Below are positions 28,478-32,000 of a stretch of 32,000 bases of DNA, one piece after another. The position numbers were made by a program, and so were the translations under genes. The DNA comes from Promethearchaeota archaeon (GTDB lineage: Archaea > Asgardarchaeota > Lokiarchaeia > Sigyniarchaeales > Promethearchaeaceae): positions 1 through 32,000 of the forward strand of contig JAFGBS010000032.1 of assembly GCA_016933055.1 (NCBI GenBank), written 5' to 3'. Within the stretch, counting starts at the first letter, position 1; every line of letters starts with the position of its first letter. The notes under the pieces were generated by a model. It saw nothing but the letters and a program-made list of their open reading frames with translations. It had not been told where the DNA came from and did no database searches.

Positions 28478-29164
28478 ATGGACACGGGAAATGATTACCG
28501 CATTCTTGTTATCGAAGATGCAATTAAGCGATTGAGTGAAATTTTCAGACTTAAGAAATTTAAGTTCCAATTTAAACACTATAGAGAGGCACACGATTTA
28601 TTGGAACAATCGACTCATGTACTTCAATCTGTAAAATATTGTTATTTAGAACCCGATGCAATTGTTAATCTGCCAGAATTCCAAGAATTTCTGCAAAAGA
28701 CCCAAAAGATTGAATATATGATAATGGAAGAAATGAAAGCAGCAAGTTATAAACCAGACAATCCCAAAGACTTATTGGTAATCAAGGAAGTAGAATATGT
28801 TCTTAGCATATTTCGGGATTTTACCCGAAGAATTCAATTAATACCCGAAGCGGGAAATGCTGTAGACACATTTTCGGTGGAAGTAACCAGAGTGGACAAA
28901 CATCCAGGGTTCGATAAATTATATATATGCCGCACAACGGACACAAAAAAAATTTGGAATATTGTAACAAATATCGCAGATATTAAGAAGGATGCGAAAT
29001 ATCCTGTCGTGCATTTACCCCCTACCATGTTTGAAGATGTAGTAAGTGAGGCAATGTTCGTATCAGATCAGCCTATATTAGATGAACCAGGGACCTTGTT
29101 AACGTTGACTGGACCAATATTAAACAATGTAAACAGCCAAGTTTATGTATTATTAAAAAAATAA
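28478..29164 (+). CDS. tRNA-binding protein with C-terminal EMAP/OB domain (COG2517-like)
   Basis: MDTGNDYRILV start, helical N-domain, VTRVDKHPGFDKLYIC, IVTN, LPPTMF..VSEAMF. Confidence 0.8.
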   Translation: MDTGNDYRILVIEDAIKRLSEIFRLKKFKFQFKHYREAHDLLEQSTHVLQSVKYCYLEPDAIVNLPEFQEFLQKTQKIEYMIMEEMKAASYKPDNPKDLLVIKEVEYVLSIFRDFTRRIQLIPEAGNAVDTFSVEVTRVDKHPGFDKLYICRTTDTKKIWNIVTNIADIKKDAKYPVVHLPPTMFEDVVSEAMFVSDQPILDEPGTLLTLTGPILNNVNSQVYVLLKK

Positions 29165-29250
29165 CAGATTTGGGGGTTGATTTTCTTATTCTATTACACC
29201 ATCTAGATATTTACAACAATGAAATATAATAGATGTCTTTGAGAAAAGAA

Positions 29251-29361
29251 TGGTGGACAATGAGGGATTTGAACCCTCGACCTCTACCAATTTGTATTTA
29301 GGATGATAAAATCAACCGAAAACTTGCCAAGGTAGCGATCTTCCAACTGATCTAATTGCCC
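29251..29361 (-). tRNA. tRNA-Ala(GGC) with 35-nt intron in the anticodon loop; CCA encoded
   Basis: Reverse complement folds as GGGCAAT/ATTGTCC acceptor with the G3:U70 alanine determinant, GATC D-stem, CTACC/GGTAG anticodon stem, TTCAAAT T-loop and 3' ACCA. Intron is 29290-29324 if placed at 37/38; mature length is 76 nt. Confidence 0.95.
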
Positions 29362-29508
29362 ATATTTTTGAAAGAAACAAATCAAAATATAAGCGATTTG
29401 TATTAAATTTTTTTCCTCCATTGCATCAACTTCAAAAAAATGATGGGTCTGAATTCCTCAATTCTAAATCAGAATCTATTTTAATAATTTCAAACGATAA
29501 GAATCCTT

Positions 29509-31011
29509 ATGAAATCCAAAATCCACAAAATCGGTAGTATTTTCATTTTTCTACCATTAATGATCCTTGTTGGATCGGATGCCGCTCTTGTCTTGGTAAA
29601 TCAAGTACCAATTATGGTAGAATTCGGAATTACAAATAATTTTACCCTAATTGGAGCAATTATAGCGGTCTCACTAGTGTCTCACGCCATTTGCATGCCG
29701 ATCTTTGGGTACTTAGCAGACAAATATCAACGCAAATGGATTTTGATATCAGGTGCGGGAGTATGGGCACTCGCAGAATTTGCAGTTTATTATTCCCCAC
29801 GTAACATTTACATCTTTATGATGTTCAGGATCATTGGCAGTGGAGCAGCAGCATCCCAAGCACCTGTTACAATGAGTTTACTTTCCGATATTTTTTCCTC
29901 TGAAAAACGGGGAAATTCTTTCGCATGGTGGGGTCTGGCAACAACGATCGGAAGTTTAGGAGGAGGATTAATTGGAACTGCATTTAATCCCATATTCGAT
30001 GATACAACCTATAAAACACTGGAAACACTCGCTGAGAAAATAGCATATATTGAAACTTCTTTTTCTATGAGTGATATCGTTAAATGGCGTATTCCATTCC
30101 TTATTATGGCTGCAGGTGGAATATTTTTTACTATTCTGATTTTTTTCGTCAAGGAACCTAAGAGAGGTAGCTCAGAGAAGGAATTGGAACAAGTATTAGC
30201 AGATGAAAATGTGGATTACTCAAAGAGTTACAGGATTAAATTAGAGGATTTACGCTATATTTATACTCGAAAATCGAATTTTTGGTTAATCATTAATTGG
30301 GTAGATACTGTTACAAGCGGAATTGTTACGAGTTTTCTCATTACGTGGATCACACTTGAAGTAGGATTGTCTTTTGAAGCTGAAAATCTCTTGATCGCAA
30401 TCCCGTATTTGCTGATATTAGTAGGATTTATGTTATTCGGTCAATTTTATTTCTCAAAACGTGGGGATAAGATGGTTCAAAAAGGAGATCGATCAGGTCG
30501 TGTAAAAATGGCCATCTTATGTGGTGTTGCAAACATCCCCGCATTACTCTTAGGATTTATATTTTATCCGAATTTTGTTAATAAAACTTTCTTTCGTGGA
30601 GCAGTGGATTTATCAGCCAACCCATGGTTGTTTTATACAATTTTAATCATTATGGCTATAATACTCGGAATAGGTTTTGCATTCGTTATGGGGATCGCCC
30701 CAAATTGGTATTCAAGTATGTTAGATGTTAATCTTCCCGAACACAGGGGGACTATGATAGCTACTGCCGCATTTCTTGACTCAATTGGTCGTGCAATTGG
30801 TTCATGGTTTGGTGGTTTTATGATTGATTTCTTTACTCGTCAAGGAAGTCCCCTCCCCATCTCGGATACGATTGTGTTTTCTACCTTAACGTTTGGGATC
30901 GTCAGCGCGTTACTATGGTTACCGATCTATAAACATAGTAAAAAGGATTTCAATGAAATCGCATACATATTGGAAAATAGAGCCAGGAAGCTTAAAAAAC
31001 AAAAAGAATAG
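29509..31011 (+). CDS. MFS transporter, Spinster-like
   Basis: GYLADKYQRK, SLLSDIF..EKRG, WRIPF...KEPKRGSSE, DVNLPEHRGT motifs. Confidence 0.85.
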   Translation: MKSKIHKIGSIFIFLPLMILVGSDAALVLVNQVPIMVEFGITNNFTLIGAIIAVSLVSHAICMPIFGYLADKYQRKWILISGAGVWALAEFAVYYSPRNIYIFMMFRIIGSGAAASQAPVTMSLLSDIFSSEKRGNSFAWWGLATTIGSLGGGLIGTAFNPIFDDTTYKTLETLAEKIAYIETSFSMSDIVKWRIPFLIMAAGGIFFTILIFFVKEPKRGSSEKELEQVLADENVDYSKSYRIKLEDLRYIYTRKSNFWLIINWVDTVTSGIVTSFLITWITLEVGLSFEAENLLIAIPYLLILVGFMLFGQFYFSKRGDKMVQKGDRSGRVKMAILCGVANIPALLLGFIFYPNFVNKTFFRGAVDLSANPWLFYTILIIMAIILGIGFAFVMGIAPNWYSSMLDVNLPEHRGTMIATAAFLDSIGRAIGSWFGGFMIDFFTRQGSPLPISDTIVFSTLTFGIVSALLWLPIYKHSKKDFNEIAYILENRARKLKKQKE

Positions 31012-31158
31012 AACCGACATTATTTGTATTCATGCGATTTGAACATAAAGGTACAATATCTCACCCAACTGGAATCAGTATTAAAAATTATTATTCAAAT
31101 ACCTATAAATGACTCAGAATTCTAGTTATATGATTTTTTTTTATAGAGAGTGAAAAAA

Positions 31159-31971
31159 ATGAAAGAATTTAGTAAAGAAAACTTAACAACCCTTCCCGCT
31201 AAAGATTGTAAATTAGTTGTTGAATCTGGGAAGCTTGATTTGGTTAAAAATAAACATCCGGTTCTAATTGTAGGGTTTCTTGGAAGTGGACTCGTTGGTA
31301 ACATAGTGGTAAGCGAGTTTATAAAGCAACTTGAAATGGAGCAAATAGGCTTTGTGACGACGAATGACCTCCCCCCTATAGCAATTTTCTATGATGGCAT
31401 ATTAAAGCATCCATTCCGATTATACTACTCCAGTGAAAAAAATATTGTAGTCGCACAATGTGAAGTCCCTTTTAATAAAAGTGCTACCTATCAAGATCTA
31501 GCAAGATTATTATCAGGGTGGGCATTAGAAATTGGAATTGTTGAAGTATGTGCAATTCAAGGTTTAACGGGGTCTTCCAGTTCTTTTCCTCCCGAAAATC
31601 CTCCGGTGTATGTTGCAGCGGAAAAAGAGATTTTAGAACGACTGAAAAAAGAGAGTGATGTTGAAATTTTACCTCGTGGCTTGGTATTAGGTCCCGAAGC
31701 AGCTATTTTGAACGAGGGATTAAGTAATAGGTTGAATTGTTATGCACTGCTGGTTCCTGTTACCGCACAAATTCCTAATCCCGAGGGTGCTTCAGCGGTT
31801 ATAAACGAATTGAATCAAATCTATGACCTATCCATCGATACAAGTAAACTTATGGAAGATGCGCACAGGATTCGCAAAAAACTGAAGGAATTATCAGAAA
31901 AAACGCAACAACAACATGCACAAATGTCAGAATTATCGAACCTTAACCCCTCAGAGAGAATATATATGTAA
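31159..31971 (+). CDS. PAC2 family proteasome assembly chaperone
   Basis: LIVGFLGSGLVGNI, HPFRLY, GPEAAIL, PNPEGASAVI...IDTSKLMEDA motifs. Confidence 0.85.
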   Translation: MKEFSKENLTTLPAKDCKLVVESGKLDLVKNKHPVLIVGFLGSGLVGNIVVSEFIKQLEMEQIGFVTTNDLPPIAIFYDGILKHPFRLYYSSEKNIVVAQCEVPFNKSATYQDLARLLSGWALEIGIVEVCAIQGLTGSSSSFPPENPPVYVAAEKEILERLKKESDVEILPRGLVLGPEAAILNEGLSNRLNCYALLVPVTAQIPNPEGASAVINELNQIYDLSIDTSKLMEDAHRIRKKLKELSEKTQQQHAQMSELSNLNPSERIYM

Positions 31972-32000
31972 ATTCGATTCAAAAATAGATGATGTTAAAA

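Noticed and set aside
3033-31304. Short antisense or overlapping ORFs from the six-frame track (e.g. 3033-3299, 5077-5379, 5384-5650, 11356-11712, 14011-14334, 18511-18765, 19639-19893, 20117-20506)
   Set aside because: They lie opposite well-supported genes or remnants and show no recognisable motifs; treated as shadow ORFs.

Overview
AT-rich archaeal chromosomal segment, most likely from an Asgard archaeon (Lokiarchaeia/Promethearchaeota). This taxonomy is inferred from an IPGY-TM-basic (Loki-CTERM-type) surface protein, a tetraether synthase (Tes/GDGT-MAS) homolog, the LSm-rpl37e pair, PUA, PAC2 and COG2517 proteins, and an intron-containing tRNA-Ala(GGC). Most of the window is housekeeping and transport: a PssA-like enzyme, an AbrB/PhoU regulator, an MBL hydrolase, 2 EamA and 5 MFS transporters, a methyltransferase and SerRS. 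The least explained part is a ~1.8 kb accessory islet at 17.1-18.9 kb. It holds three copies of a palindromic arm-TTAG-arm site (two direct, one inverted) bounding two unrelated, structured, mostly non-coding units, then an intact AAA-like ORF with no Walker A motif, then a decayed DUF1566/Lcl-like gene. Other oddities are a Tes homolog with Phe where the characterised enzyme has a catalytic Tyr, a surface protein with a 38% aromatic 130-aa segment, a eukaryote-length eL37, and a frameshifted GPH-type MFS gene. No recombinase, transposase, CRISPR array or rRNA is visible. All family assignments are by eye from motifs; no searches were run.
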